Below, one piece after another: positions 30,914-41,983 of a DNA stretch of 64,000 nt. The position numbers were made by a program, and so were the translations under genes. The DNA is taken from positions 1,632,001-1,696,000 of the forward strand of contig CAWBKB010000001.1 of assembly GCA_963789265.1 (NCBI GenBank). The letters are read 5' to 3'. The DNA is from an uncultured delta proteobacterium. GTDB taxonomy: Bacteria; Desulfobacterota; Desulfomonilia; Desulfomonilales; Desulfomonilaceae. Below the pieces are notes generated by a model. That model was given only the letters and a program-made list of their open reading frames with translations, made no database searches and was not told the DNA's origin. Position 1 is the stretch's first letter. Every line of letters begins with the position of its first letter.

Positions 30914-31537
30914 ATGAATACACTTGATGATTTGCCCGACGACTTTCGTGAGTCCGTGCGGTTCCACGGGCATCTTTGCCCCGGGCTTGCCATAGGATAC
31001 GTCGCGGCCAAGGTCGGTTCTCAATTACTTGGCATCGGCACCGCCGAAGATGAAGAAGTCGTGGCTGTAGTGGAGAACAATTCCTGCGCTGTCGATGCGA
31101 TTCAAGTGCTGTTGGGATGCACTTTTGGCAAGGGAAATCTCATCTTCAGGGATTGGGGAAAACAAGTGTTCACTTTCATAGACCGCAAATCGGGCCGCGC
31201 TGTCCGTGTAGCGTTCACTGGGCCCCTGCCCGAACGGGACGAACGCCGTGCCCTGAAGGCCCACATCGATTCCGGCAGTGCCACCGATGCTGATATGGCA
31301 AGGTGGCAGGAGTTGCGCCATCGCGCGGTGAGAAAGCTCATATCGGCAGACCCGCACGACTTCTTCGAGATTCGGGAAGTGCGGGCTGAAGCCCCGCCAA
31401 AAGCAGAAGTGGTGGCCACACAGCCGTGCGGACTCTGCGGCGAGGCAACCGTGATCGCCCGCATGTTGGAAATGGACGGCCGTCTTGTGTGCCGCGACTG
31501 TGCAGACGCCTCCTATGCAGCGTGGGGTATCCTTTAG
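30914..31537 (+). CDS. FmdE-family protein
   Basis: FHGHLCPGL..G, C.VDAIQ...GCTFGKGNL, C-terminal CxxC..CxxC. Confidence 0.9.
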   Translation: MNTLDDLPDDFRESVRFHGHLCPGLAIGYVAAKVGSQLLGIGTAEDEEVVAVVENNSCAVDAIQVLLGCTFGKGNLIFRDWGKQVFTFIDRKSGRAVRVAFTGPLPERDERRALKAHIDSGSATDADMARWQELRHRAVRKLISADPHDFFEIREVRAEAPPKAEVVATQPCGLCGEATVIARMLEMDGRLVCRDCADASYAAWGIL

Positions 31538-31578
31538 AAGATCGTTCATAATTCAATTCCAATGAAAGTCCGGCACCG

Positions 31579-32244
31579 ATGAAAATTGCAGAACACCTTT
31601 ACGTGCACCTTTGGGCGGATCCTCGTGAAAATAACTGCAACAGCATATTCATAGACGGGAAGGTCCCTCTTCTGATTGATCCGGGACATCGGCATCGAAT
31701 TGAGAGCCTTGTGGACCGTATTCGGGGAGACGGCGTGGATCCCGCGCGCCTCAAATTGATCATTTGCACCCACGCGCATCCGGACCACTTCGAGGGCGCA
31801 GAGGCTCTCAGAGATAAGTCGGTGAAAGTGGCCATGTCCCGGCAAGAGGAAGACTATGTCGAGGAGATCGGGCGCATCACGTACACTCAACAAGGACTTG
31901 CAATGCCTGACTACCACGTTGACTTTCATCTGAAGGATGGAGACCTGGTTCTGGGAAGACATCAGTTTCAAATACTTCTGACTCCGGGGCACAGTCCAGG
32001 AGGTCTTTCCATTTATTGGCCCAGGTACAAGGTTCTTGTGACCGGTGATGTGGTTTTCGCCCAGGGCGTGGGAAGGGTGGACTTTCCGGGCGGAGATGCC
32101 AAAGCCTTGGAACAAAGCGTGGAACGACTGGAGAAGTTGCCGGTGGAGCTTCTGATTCCGGGACACGGCCCTGCGCTTCAAGGCGCTGATCGGGTGCGGC
32201 AGAATTTCGAGTATATAAAGAAGGTTTTTCTCGGGGTACGTTGA
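31579..32244 (+). CDS. MBL-fold metallo-hydrolase
   Basis: THAHPDH, TPGHSPG, TGD, PGHG. Confidence 0.9.
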   Translation: MKIAEHLYVHLWADPRENNCNSIFIDGKVPLLIDPGHRHRIESLVDRIRGDGVDPARLKLIICTHAHPDHFEGAEALRDKSVKVAMSRQEEDYVEEIGRITYTQQGLAMPDYHVDFHLKDGDLVLGRHQFQILLTPGHSPGGLSIYWPRYKVLVTGDVVFAQGVGRVDFPGGDAKALEQSVERLEKLPVELLIPGHGPALQGADRVRQNFEYIKKVFLGVR

Positions 32245-32462
32245 GACACGTTCAAAAATTCGGCAGGTGGAGGTAGAATTTTTGTACATCAAAACGTTAG
32301 GCATATCGGCATGATAGTTCGCCGTCATCATGGTGTCCAAAAATTTTGACAAAAAGAAGCACTTCTTTGCCTGACTGTAATTCGAGATCTCGAAAGGGAT
32401 AAGTAGCGTAACGTGTTGCTATGACTTGATAAATAGTGACAGAGATGGTTGCTCTTCATATC

Positions 32463-32478
32463 TGGCACAGAGGTTGCA
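32463..32478 (+). promoter_or_regulatory. Sigma54 (-24/-12) promoter
   Basis: TGGCAC-AGAGG-TTGCA consensus; imperfect palindrome TGTCCAAAAATTTTGACA at 32334-32351 upstream. Confidence 0.7.
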
Positions 32479-32561
32479 TCATTGACGGACAAGAAAAGAA
32501 TCTATTCCTCCTACGCCAACTGCATTACGACAGTTGGTTTTTTTTTGAAGGATGACGAGTT

Positions 32562-34148
32562 GTGCAAGGCCTCTTCATGATTCTTTCCTCGGGCAGAATT
32601 GCCTCCAGTTTTCTCACTGCCGTCATTGGCTTTTCTTTATTGCTCGCGTTCGTCGCAGAAGCTTCCGCGCCGGCTGCAGAATCCCGAAAGATTTTTGTCC
32701 TACCATTCTATGTGGGGCCGGGGTCGAGTGAGAAAGAACTTCAGAGTTTCAGCGAATATGCCAACGAGAGAATCCGGGCAATGCTCGCTGGTCTCGATTC
32801 AAGTTACAGCATAGAATCGGAGAAAGCCACGACAGAGCTTCTCAAGGGGCGCCAGGCACCGACAAATGATGAAGAGGCCCGCTCTTTGGCTTCGAAATCG
32901 GGAGCGGACCTGGTCATTTGTGGATTCCTGACCCGAGATGATTCTCGCTATCAGATGAGAGGATACATGTGGGACACGCGGAGCAACCACGCTGTGGTCC
33001 GAATAGAAATGAAGGTGGCAAATATTTACGCTTTGCGAGGGGTCTTGCAAATATTTGTCAATAGTGTCAATACACGACTTCACGGCAGACCGAAACTCTC
33101 CTTTTACAGAAGCGAGCCGGCGGGTGCGGACGCTATGTCCCGTTCGGATAGGCTCCATACCCTGGTGGACCTGCCTAAAAACACCGCGCCGTGGAGAAGC
33201 CCCGATCTCGAGTCCGCACTATGGGCCGTGGACATCGGAGACCTGGACGGAGACAAGAAGAACGAAACAGTTTTGCTGGAACCGGGCCGCATCACCATAA
33301 GCCGTTTTGAAAACGGTAGCCTGGTACCGCTCACTCAGTTCTCCCAGCCGCCCGCCGCTTATATCAGCGCTGAAGCTAAGGATCTGGACGGCGACGGAGT
33401 GGCCGAGCTTATACTCTGTTACCGGACACCCAGCGGCATGGAATCCGCTATCATCAAATACGAAAATAGAAACATCAGGGTACTTGAAAAATTCCCGAAT
33501 ATGATCCTGAGGGCGGTCAGAGAATCTGCACAGGACGACAAGACGTTGCTGGTAGGACAGCGAACCGATGGCGATGACATGTTCAGCGGTGATATGATCC
33601 GCTTCACGTATCAAAACGGTGAGTTTGTCCCGGCGGGCAAGCTCACGCTTCCTCCGGGGACGTTACTGCTGAGCTACGATTCGGGCTCGTTGGGCAAACA
33701 TGGAGAATTTGTGCGAGTCATCTTGAATCAAGATCAGCGTCTCATGGTCTACGACCGGCAAAATAGGCTGTTGTCACAGATACCTGACCGCCTATACGGC
33801 CTGGATAGGCGAATTCGCATTCCTTCCAGGAGCGGGACCAAGGAGCTCAGTCTGCCCGGAAGGATTCTCATCGCCAGTACCACCGGGGCTTCGGGCGGAG
33901 AAAATGAGTTGCTGGTCACCAAGCAGGTCGAAGGGGGCAGTGTGATTCAAGCTCTGGAATGGGACGGAAAAGACCTCAAGGAAAAATGGAAAACCGTCAG
34001 GAGCCCTGGGATCATCACCGATTTCAGAATAGGCGATTTTAAGAACGAAGGGCTTCGATCTCTAGTTCTCGTCCTCATCAAACAGAACCCGTTCGCCGCA
34101 TTAACGGGCCCACGCAGTATCATTTTCGCATACGATCTGATCCCGTAG
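32562..34148 (+). CDS. Exported FG-GAP/VCBS-repeat protein
   Basis: Signal peptide, VLPF motif, GDLDGDKKNE, DLDGDGVAE, GDFKNEG. Confidence 0.8.
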   Translation: MQGLFMILSSGRIASSFLTAVIGFSLLLAFVAEASAPAAESRKIFVLPFYVGPGSSEKELQSFSEYANERIRAMLAGLDSSYSIESEKATTELLKGRQAPTNDEEARSLASKSGADLVICGFLTRDDSRYQMRGYMWDTRSNHAVVRIEMKVANIYALRGVLQIFVNSVNTRLHGRPKLSFYRSEPAGADAMSRSDRLHTLVDLPKNTAPWRSPDLESALWAVDIGDLDGDKKNETVLLEPGRITISRFENGSLVPLTQFSQPPAAYISAEAKDLDGDGVAELILCYRTPSGMESAIIKYENRNIRVLEKFPNMILRAVRESAQDDKTLLVGQRTDGDDMFSGDMIRFTYQNGEFVPAGKLTLPPGTLLLSYDSGSLGKHGEFVRVILNQDQRLMVYDRQNRLLSQIPDRLYGLDRRIRIPSRSGTKELSLPGRILIASTTGASGGENELLVTKQVEGGSVIQALEWDGKDLKEKWKTVRSPGIITDFRIGDFKNEGLRSLVLVLIKQNPFAALTGPRSIIFAYDLIP

Positions 34149-34167
34149 GGTGCGTTCCCATGCAAAA

Positions 34168-34200
34168 ATACCCCGGCGCCACGCAGGGTCACCGGGGTAT
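34168..34200. terminator. Hairpin between convergent genes
   Basis: ATACCCCGG/CCGGGGTAT with A-run on the left (T-tail for the minus strand). Confidence 0.65.
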
Positions 34201-34234
34201 GTGCATCGGCAACAGAGTTACCGGAACGGTAATG

Positions 34235-36325
34235 CTATCTCACTAAAAACGGCACGATCAACAGGGCTACCATGTTTACGACCTTGATAACGGGGTTCAA
34301 AGCGGGCCCCGCAGTGTCTTTGTAAGGATCACCCACAGTATCGCCGGTTACCGCAGCTTTGTGGGCCTCGCTCCCTTTGCCGCCGAGGTTTCCATCTTCG
34401 ATGTACTTCTTGGCGTTGTCCCAGGTCGCACCACCGGTTGTCATGGCAATGGCCAGGAAAAGACCGACTACGATGCTCCCGATTAACATGCCGCCCAGAG
34501 CTTCCTTACCCAAACCAGGCGTGAAGGCCACAATAAGAGGTATCACGACGGGAAGCAGCGACGGTATAATCATCTCTCTCTGTGCAGCCGCAGTCACGAG
34601 GTCCACGCACTTGCCATATTCGGCCTTAACGCCCGGAAGACCTTCCTTAAGGCCCTTGATCTCACGGAATTGGCGTCGAACCTCATCCACGATCGCGCCG
34701 GCAGCCTTTCCAACCGCAAGCATACAAAGCGCAGCAAAGAAATAGGGGATGATCCCGCCGATCAGCAAGCCAATCAGGATCTTGGGGTTGGACAGGTCAA
34801 AGTGCATGGCCTTGCCGGTTAGTGCTTCAATAGCCCGAGTATACTCGGCAAAGAGCACCAGGGCTGCCAGAGCCGCGGAACCGATTGCGTATCCCTTGGT
34901 AACCGCTTTGGTGGTGTTGCCGACTGCGTCCAGCGGGTCGGTCCTATTGCGAACCTCTTCCGACAGCTCAGCCATTTCAGCAATACCGCCGGCGTTGTCC
35001 GTGATGGGGCCGTACGAGTCAATGGCAACGACCATTCCTGTCATCGAGAGCATAGAGACGACAGTGACCGCAATGCCAAAGAGGCCGGTGCCGGGGTTAC
35101 CCGAGAAGCCTCCGCCAAGCGCGTACCCGATCATGATCGCTACAGCGAGTGCGATGACGGGCAGGACTGTTGAAATCATACTGATGGCCAGCCCGGCGAT
35201 GATGTTTGTCCCATGACCGGTGGTACTTGCTTGGGCCACGTACTTGACCGGGCCGTACATGCCGGTGAACCACTCGGTAATGATGACGATCAGTCCCGTG
35301 AGAACCAAACCGAGGACCGCCATCCAGAAGATATTGAGAGGGGGAATCACAAAGGGCATTCCTTTAAGTGGTGCACCGAGAGGCAAAATCCGGGCCACCA
35401 CGTAAAAGAAAATGGCTGCAAGAATCCCGGCCAAAGCCAATCCTCGATACAGGGAACCCATTATGTAAAGATCTTTTTCGGCTTTGGTCCTGCTTAACCT
35501 TACGGCAAAGGTGCCGATAATGGATGCGATTATCGCCACGCCACCGATGAGTAAGGGCATGAAGAACGCTGTGGATTTACCGTAAATCGTCATGGCCAGG
35601 AGCATGGCTGCAACGATTGTGACGGTGTAGGTCTCGTACAAGTCCGCGGCCATGCCCGCACAGTCGCCGACGTTGTCGCCGACGTTGTCCGCTATGACTC
35701 CCGCATTACGGGGATCGTCTTCAGGGAGATCCGCTTCCACTTTACCAACCAAGTCCGCGCCTACGTCGGCTGCCTTGGTATAAATACCGCCACCCACGCG
35801 GGCAAAGACGCTCATGAGGGAGCTGCCGAACCCCAAACCGACTAGGGCGCTGAAGAGTTGGTGCGGATCCGAAATATGCCGGCTGGCAGCCCAATAGAAT
35901 CCGGCCACACCGAATAGCGCCAAACCGGTAACCACAATGCCGGTAACCGACCCGCCCTTGAAGGCAACATCCATAGCATCGGGCAGGCTCTTACCCGCTG
36001 CTGCAGCTACCCGCACATTGGCCTTGGTGGAAACCTTCATCCCAATGAAGCCGGCGAGACCGGAGCCTACGAGACCGATAACGAACCCGATTGCCGGCCA
36101 AATCCCCAAGGTCAAGGCCAGGATGATGACAAGGATGACGGCTATTATCGCCACCACTTTGTACTGGCGGGTAAGGTACGCCATCGCACCCTCCGCCACG
36201 TAGCTGGAGATGTCCTGCATACGCTGATTGCCGGCGTCCTGTTTAAAGACCCACCCGGCGGTGATCAGGCTATAAGCCACACCCAGGGCCCCGCAGATGA
36301 GGGCCGCATACACAACCCATTCCAT
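34235..36325 (-). CDS. hppA: Membrane pyrophosphatase pump, K+-independent type
   Basis: [44 protein letters not shown]. Confidence 0.95.
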   Translation of the reverse strand: MEWVVYAALICGALGVAYSLITAGWVFKQDAGNQRMQDISSYVAEGAMAYLTRQYKVVAIIAVILVIILALTLGIWPAIGFVIGLVGSGLAGFIGMKVSTKANVRVAAAAGKSLPDAMDVAFKGGSVTGIVVTGLALFGVAGFYWAASRHISDPHQLFSALVGLGFGSSLMSVFARVGGGIYTKAADVGADLVGKVEADLPEDDPRNAGVIADNVGDNVGDCAGMAADLYETYTVTIVAAMLLAMTIYGKSTAFFMPLLIGGVAIIASIIGTFAVRLSRTKAEKDLYIMGSLYRGLALAGILAAIFFYVVARILPLGAPLKGMPFVIPPLNIFWMAVLGLVLTGLIVIITEWFTGMYGPVKYVAQASTTGHGTNIIAGLAISMISTVLPVIALAVAIMIGYALGGGFSGNPGTGLFGIAVTVVSMLSMTGMVVAIDSYGPITDNAGGIAEMAELSEEVRNRTDPLDAVGNTTKAVTKGYAIGSAALAALVLFAEYTRAIEALTGKAMHFDLSNPKILIGLLIGGIIPYFFAALCMLAVGKAAGAIVDEVRRQFREIKGLKEGLPGVKAEYGKCVDLVTAAAQREMIIPSLLPVVIPLIVAFTPGLGKEALGGMLIGSIVVGLFLAIAMTTGGATWDNAKKYIEDGNLGGKGSEAHKAAVTGDTVGDPYKDTAGPALNPVIKVVNMVALLIVPFLVR

Positions 36326-36473
36326 GCACCTACCTCCTTACCTAAAATGATCACATTCTAAAGGGAAAAAACGATGGTATCAACGCAGATTATCGACATT
36401 TACGCTATTATGTCAAGGACAATCAGGAGCAGTGAGTATGCATTCAGTTACAGCCGGAATTTGCGGGTGGCTT

Positions 36474-36552
36474 CGTGGGGTGGGCTTTCTAGCCCGCCAT
36501 TGAACAGGGGTTTTCCCGGCAGGCAGTCCCGCGCCTCGCGGGACGGCCCCAC
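36474..36552. repeat. REP-like repeat with embedded GTCCCGCG..CGCGGGAC palindrome
   Basis: GGTGGGCTTTCTAGCCCGCC and GTCCCGCGCCTCGCGGGAC; similar inverted unit at ~42463-42520. Confidence 0.6.
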
Positions 36553-36635
36553 AAGACTGAATGGTTACAGCAGAGAGCAACCACTCAGATACGAGTGAAA
36601 AAGAGAACTCGTCGTCCCGGCCTTCCGAGACACTG

Positions 36636-37328
36636 CTATTTCCCGATCGCGCAAATCATGATCGGCTTAATGTCAGCCGGCAGTTTCAAAGCTGCGGCCA
36701 CCTGAGCGTCCACGAAGGCCCCCACGCCGGCCACGTGAAGGCCAAGCGATTCGGCCTGCAGGAACACGTTTTGATTTGCCGCTCCGGCATCCATATATAC
36801 GTACTGCACTCCGCGGTCACCGTACTTGACCATGGTTCTCTGAAACACCGCTCCGATCACCATCAGCGCCGGTGCTTGAGCAAGAAAGAGCTGGTGGTGG
36901 GCCGCGTAAGCTACCAAGTTGCGCTTGTCGCCTGCTGCAATGGATTGGAGGGAATTCCCCCGGGAATTGTATCTGTACACACCCGCGGGAAGTCTCCCCA
37001 CTGTGTTTTGACCACACACGAGAAAGACCTCAAGCGGATAAAGTCCGCCGGCCGAAGGAATCACTTTCGTCGTGGCGCTTGTGACTGCATCCGCGGGCAG
37101 GTTGCCGTTGGCCGCCCACAGCATCTGGGAGGCTTGGGCTAAAGTCAATGGAGTTCGGCTGAAGTCACGCACCGAGTGTTTACGCACTACAGCGGCTTCA
37201 AACGAAAGTTTCCCCGAAAAAGTAGGCTTAGGTAACTTGACTTCGTTTCCCGCGGCCGCAGAGGTCAACGGCATCAAGGCCAGCAGCGTCACACCGACAG
37301 CAAGAGACATTCGGCAAGAAATTCTCAT
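36636..37328 (-). CDS. SagB/ThcOx-family nitroreductase
   Basis: SVRDF, PSAGGLYPLE, KYGDRG..Y..MDAG...QN. Confidence 0.88.
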   Translation of the reverse strand: MRISCRMSLAVGVTLLALMPLTSAAAGNEVKLPKPTFSGKLSFEAAVVRKHSVRDFSRTPLTLAQASQMLWAANGNLPADAVTSATTKVIPSAGGLYPLEVFLVCGQNTVGRLPAGVYRYNSRGNSLQSIAAGDKRNLVAYAAHHQLFLAQAPALMVIGAVFQRTMVKYGDRGVQYVYMDAGAANQNVFLQAESLGLHVAGVGAFVDAQVAAALKLPADIKPIMICAIGK

Positions 37329-37554
37329 CCGTGCCCCCGTGTATTGTAATTTCACGTCAAAGCTATAGCTCAAGGATCAGGGAATTTCAATCTCTTGATC
37401 TTCTGACGTCTGACGGCGAAGTTGCCGTGGAGTAGAAGAGATTTCAAGGATTACCCCTGTTCGCGCTCATAGTACGAACTTCTATTCGTGTGTGCGCCAC
37501 TGGGGCTGTTTGCCGACGACAGACATTACTGTACGGCTCTAGTAAAGAAAGAGC

Positions 37555-37583
37555 TTGACAAGGTTTGTAGGAACCCCTAGGCT
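37555..37583 (+). promoter_or_regulatory. Sigma70 promoter
   Basis: TTGACA-17 bp-TAGGCT. Confidence 0.6.
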
Positions 37584-37628
37584 GAAACCAGTGGCAACCT
37601 AGTTATCTCCTGGCGTAGAGTCTCGCTC

Positions 37629-38072
37629 ATGACACGACTGAGGAAATTGAGGCCGACGATTCGAATCACGCTTGTGGTCTATCTATTTGTCGTCGGCTCG
37701 GGTGCGGCCATGGCTAGGAGATGCTGTTATCTTCATTGCGGTCAAGGGATGCACCACGCGGACGTATGTGCCCGTTTGCATGCGCATGGTAGTGATTGCG
37801 CAGTTCACGATCACAATCCTACCTCAAAGTACTCAGCAGCCATGGACCGGCAATGCCACTGCTTAATCCTGCCAACGGGTACGGTTAACTCTTCCATAAA
37901 CCCCTTTGAGGCTGCGGAATTCTCCAGGTGTATTCATGGTGCTGCTTATGCTCCATGTTTGACAGGCTTAACGCTTGATTCGCAGGCCACTAATGGAGGT
38001 CGTCACCCACCCCGACTTTCTGACTTCAAACCTGTCTCTGAATCCCTTCAGACTGTCTCTCTGCTCATTTGA
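37629..38072 (+). CDS. Cys/His-rich small protein (leader-like #1)
   Basis: Hydrophobic N-term, CC..C..HH, CHC, C-term SLQTVSLLI. Confidence 0.65.
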   Translation: MTRLRKLRPTIRITLVVYLFVVGSGAAMARRCCYLHCGQGMHHADVCARLHAHGSDCAVHDHNPTSKYSAAMDRQCHCLILPTGTVNSSINPFEAAEFSRCIHGAAYAPCLTGLTLDSQATNGGRHPPRLSDFKPVSESLQTVSLLI

Positions 38073-38196
38073 CCGTCTCGGAAGAATAGCCACAGAATCC
38101 GCTCGCCTTGGTTTCTAGTTAGAAGCCCGGGAGTTCTGTTCAGAAGTTCGCGTGCTTCCGCTTAACGGGGGTCGCGGCAAGAAGGGAGATACGAAT

Positions 38197-39048
38197 ATGC
38201 CCCAGAGAATCGGGATTGGGAGCGTTGGTGCCAAAGACTGCCTGTTTGCCCAAGATGCAGAAGGGCTTAAGGAATTGGTCGAAGCCGCCGTGGCGAAGGG
38301 GGTTGACCTGACCTTGGCCAAACTCGAAAGAGAAGATTTGTCTTTTGCTGACTTGTCGCACGCCAGGCTGAACGCTGCGGATTTGTCAGGGACGATCCTT
38401 GCGGGAGCCAGATTAGATGGAGCCCGTCTTTCCGTCGCGAAGCTGGATAAGGCTGACTTGTCCAACGCGGATCTCTCGAATGCCGGTTTGCTCGGAACCA
38501 CGCTGACGGGTGCCAAACTCGTCGAGGCCACTCTCAAGGGGGCTGTCTTGTGCGGCGCGAATTTATGCGGCGCAAATCTGTGTAAAACAGATTTGTCGCA
38601 GGCTGATCTGTCCAGGGCGAATCTGTCAGGAGCAAATCTTTCCCAAGCGATACTCTCCTTTGCCACTATTGCAGGTGCTTTCCTCTTGGGAACGAAACTC
38701 GACAAGGCAGCGCTGGCCGCTGTCGAGCTGTCCCGAGCCGATCTATCAGGGGCCAATCTCGCGAGTGCGGACATGACTGGAGCAGTTTTGGCGGGGGCCA
38801 GATTGAACGGTACCAATCTTGTAAATGCAGACCTGTCTTATGCCGATTTCACTGGAGCTCAACTCATGGGAGCAGATTTGTCAGGGGCCGATCTCACCGG
38901 AGCTGATTTACGCGGAGCCGACTTATCGGGCGCGAACCTTTCGGGTGCGCAGATGATGGGAGCCGATCTGACCGATGCCGATCTATCCGGAACCGATTTG
39001 AACGGCGCAGATTTGAACGGTGCGAACCTCGATGGAGCACGAAGATGA
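38197..39048 (+). CDS. Pentapeptide-repeat protein
   Basis: Continuous A(D/N)Lxx repeats; RBS AAGGGAG. Confidence 0.9.
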   Translation: MPQRIGIGSVGAKDCLFAQDAEGLKELVEAAVAKGVDLTLAKLEREDLSFADLSHARLNAADLSGTILAGARLDGARLSVAKLDKADLSNADLSNAGLLGTTLTGAKLVEATLKGAVLCGANLCGANLCKTDLSQADLSRANLSGANLSQAILSFATIAGAFLLGTKLDKAALAAVELSRADLSGANLASADMTGAVLAGARLNGTNLVNADLSYADFTGAQLMGADLSGADLTGADLRGADLSGANLSGAQMMGADLTDADLSGTDLNGADLNGANLDGARR

Positions 39049-39177
39049 AGGCTTCTCTCTCATTGCGCGGCACAGTAAAACAGGGGGGATGGCGGGAATG
39101 CTCGTAAAAGAAACAAGTCTGGACCTTCCTTGCGGCTTAATCATATTGATATATACTGTTGTTAGAGGGAAATAGCG

Positions 39178-41139
39178 GTGAGCCCAACTACCAAGACGCC
39201 ATTACTGGAAAATGGGACTATCCTCAACGGCAAATGGGAGATTTTGGAACACATTGCTACGGGAGGGAAAGGGGAAGTTTACTGCGCTCGCCAGACGAAT
39301 CTCAATCGAGAAGTGGTCGTCAAGACAGTATCTACCGAGTATCTCGCGGAATTTGGAGACGACTTGGCGGAGGTGGAGACTGAAATTCAGCGTTTCCATC
39401 GAGAGGCTTCGGCAATGGCCCAGATACGGCACCCATACGTGGTTCAGGTCTACGACCAGGACGCGGCTACTATCGTAAAGAACGGAGAAGAGATTACGGT
39501 CCAATACGTTGTCATGGAATACGTTCCCGGCAACCGGACACTGCGGCAGACAATGCCGCTGGAGGGATTCAAGGCAAGGGAAAGAGATTTGAGGCAGTGG
39601 ATTAGAACCTATTTTCTTCCCATGTTTGACGGACTGGCGACAGTTCATGCCCTTGGCATAGTCCATCGCGACATGAAACCCGAGAACGTTCTCTTGGATG
39701 GCGCCACTCCGAAGATCACCGACTTTGGAATTGCAGGAGGGCCTCTGTGGTCGCACCTTACCAAAAGCCACCATGTTGAAGGCACAATCACCTATATGGC
39801 CCCGGAACAATTCATGGACTTGGGTGAAGCTGACGGCCGAGCCGATGTATATGCCCTGGGCAAGATGTTGTACGAGGCAGTCGAGGGAAAGATGGTGGAC
39901 AGCAAAACCGCATGTCCCCTTAGGGGTGTATGCCTCTCAAATCCCTCCACCCCCTTCCTGAAAGAATTGGACCTCATCATACAACAGGCCACCGCGGAGG
40001 ATAAGGAAGCAAGAATTCCTTCCGTCAAAGCCATGCGGGAGGATTTGGAAAAGCTGCTGTACAAAGCTGATGTTGCGGACCGTCCACTGCTCAAAGGTCT
40101 TTCTCGCAAAGAAAAGATGCTTATCGTCGTCCTGATTGCGATTTTAATGGGACTCATCGTCTTCTCCAATATAGTTCACCACTACTTCATGCTGCATGAA
40201 GAGGCAGCCTCAATGCACCATTCGGCAACGGTTTCCGTGCACGGCCCCGCCATGAAGAAGAACAGCGGCAAGGGAGCTTCAACCCTCGAACAGAAATCTT
40301 CTGGTTCCGTGCTACTCGGTAAAGACGGCTCCACGATGCGCCTCGTCCCCGGAGGAGAGGTGACCGTTTCAGACCTTCAGGGGCGAAAGCAAGGGCCGCC
40401 CCTTAAAGTGAGCCCGTTTTATATGGACGAAACTAAGGTTACCAATGCCGATTTCGTCGAGTTTTTGAATCAGGTTCTACCGAAACTCGCTGTAAAAGAC
40501 GGCGTGGTTTCGAACGACGGCCACATCTGGTTCTTTCTCGGTCACGTTTACGGCGGATATGAACCCATTATATTTCGTGACGGCAGATTTTCGTTGAAAG
40601 ATGATTCGTTTGCTTCTTACCCGGTAGTTCGAGTAACGGGATATGGGGCCGCGGCCTACGCACGGTTCTACAGCAAAGTGCTGCCCACAGAATCGCAGTG
40701 GCTTCAGGCAATAATACAGGGCAAAGACGATTCCGGCCACGGTACGAAACCCGGTTCTACTCCGGAAACTTCTCAACTCGAGAAAGATATGAAGTCTTGG
40801 GTGGAAGCTTATGGTTCACAGGATCAGATACCGGAAAATATCTCCAGATCGACCGCGTCACAAATCCCGTATCCTGTTTCAAAGTTTGGCCCTGACAAAC
40901 TTGGAATCCGAGGGTTGGAAGAAAACGTTAGCCAATGGGGCCTACGAGCTATAGGCCGGTCTAAGAAAGCCGGGTCAAGAAATGAATACGTTGTCTTGGG
41001 CGGGTTGAGAGGGGATCTGGTACTAGACTCCACTCTTGTCCCCGGTGTCCCACAGGACCCCTCGCATGCGTTTCAGGATGTGGGCTTCAGATGCGTGATT
41101 GCCGCGGACATCAAGACCCTGCGCAGTGCGGCCCCTTGA
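39178..41139 (+). CDS. Ser/Thr kinase-TM-FGE/SUMF1-domain fusion
   Basis: GGKGEVY, HRDMKPEN, DFG, APE; TM; FYMD.T.VTN, PVV.V, LPTESQW, DVGFRCV. Confidence 0.88.
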   Translation: MSPTTKTPLLENGTILNGKWEILEHIATGGKGEVYCARQTNLNREVVVKTVSTEYLAEFGDDLAEVETEIQRFHREASAMAQIRHPYVVQVYDQDAATIVKNGEEITVQYVVMEYVPGNRTLRQTMPLEGFKARERDLRQWIRTYFLPMFDGLATVHALGIVHRDMKPENVLLDGATPKITDFGIAGGPLWSHLTKSHHVEGTITYMAPEQFMDLGEADGRADVYALGKMLYEAVEGKMVDSKTACPLRGVCLSNPSTPFLKELDLIIQQATAEDKEARIPSVKAMREDLEKLLYKADVADRPLLKGLSRKEKMLIVVLIAILMGLIVFSNIVHHYFMLHEEAASMHHSATVSVHGPAMKKNSGKGASTLEQKSSGSVLLGKDGSTMRLVPGGEVTVSDLQGRKQGPPLKVSPFYMDETKVTNADFVEFLNQVLPKLAVKDGVVSNDGHIWFFLGHVYGGYEPIIFRDGRFSLKDDSFASYPVVRVTGYGAAAYARFYSKVLPTESQWLQAIIQGKDDSGHGTKPGSTPETSQLEKDMKSWVEAYGSQDQIPENISRSTASQIPYPVSKFGPDKLGIRGLEENVSQWGLRAIGRSKKAGSRNEYVVLGGLRGDLVLDSTLVPGVPQDPSHAFQDVGFRCVIAADIKTLRSAAP

Positions 41140-41156
41140 TCTGAAGGTACTAAGAA

Positions 41157-41936
41157 TTAGTTGCAAATCATTATCACTGTTATGTTGTCTTCGCCGCCCT
41201 TGATGTTAGCTGCGGTCACGAGATCGTTGCAGGCCTGCTGGGGCTCGGGTGCTGATCCCACAATGGCAAGAATTTCCTCATCTTCAAGCATATCCGTAAG
41301 TCCGTCTGTGCACAGAAGTAGACAGGCGCTCCTTTCCCACGGCCGGACCACCACTTCCGTTTCCACGTCGTCGGCCACACCCAAAGCCTCAGTCAACCCA
41401 TGACGCGCACGGTGGGAGCGGGCCTGCTCTTTGGTGATGAGCCCTTCTTTCATCCACTCAAATACAAACGTATCATCGTCGGTGAGCTGCTTTATTTCGC
41501 CTTTTAGTATGGAGTAGGCCCGGCTGTCTCCCACATGGCCGATAATGACCTGTGGGGGAACCGCGAGGGCAATCAGCAACGTAGTACCCATTTCCTCCCA
41601 CGCGGGATTGTTCAAGGCGTTTTCGAAGATTGATCTGTTGGCCTGTGCAATAGCCTCACGAACAACCCGATCTGCCTCCTTTCCCGCTTCGAGGCCTTCC
41701 CGAACCGATTTTGCAGTGACCTGGACGGCCATTCGACTCGCCACTTCACCAGCGTTGTGACCTCCCATGCCGTCGGCCACGATGAATAGCCCCAGGTTCT
41801 CGTCAACGTACAAGCTATCTTCGTTGATTTCTCTCTGCTTTCCCGGATCTGTAAGCCATCCGACTTTCAAGGTGCTCTCCTCGGAGATTGTGCCCCTAGA
41901 TACTATTTTTTGTAGTCTGATTCGATAGAAGCTCAT
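41157..41936 (-). CDS. PP2C-family Ser/Thr phosphatase
   Basis: R..NED, VADGMGGH, GTT, HVGDSRAY, CTDGL, GGEDNIT. Confidence 0.92.
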   Translation of the reverse strand: MSFYRIRLQKIVSRGTISEESTLKVGWLTDPGKQREINEDSLYVDENLGLFIVADGMGGHNAGEVASRMAVQVTAKSVREGLEAGKEADRVVREAIAQANRSIFENALNNPAWEEMGTTLLIALAVPPQVIIGHVGDSRAYSILKGEIKQLTDDDTFVFEWMKEGLITKEQARSHRARHGLTEALGVADDVETEVVVRPWERSACLLLCTDGLTDMLEDEEILAIVGSAPEPQQACNDLVTAANIKGGEDNITVIMICN

Positions 41937-41983
41937 TCATATATAGGCATGTTCGATTGAACGGGCAAGTAATAATACCTCTT

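Noticed and set aside
38115..38816. 233-aa minus-strand ORF and 15-bp periodicity
   Set aside because: Shadow and codon periodicity of the pentapeptide-repeat gene
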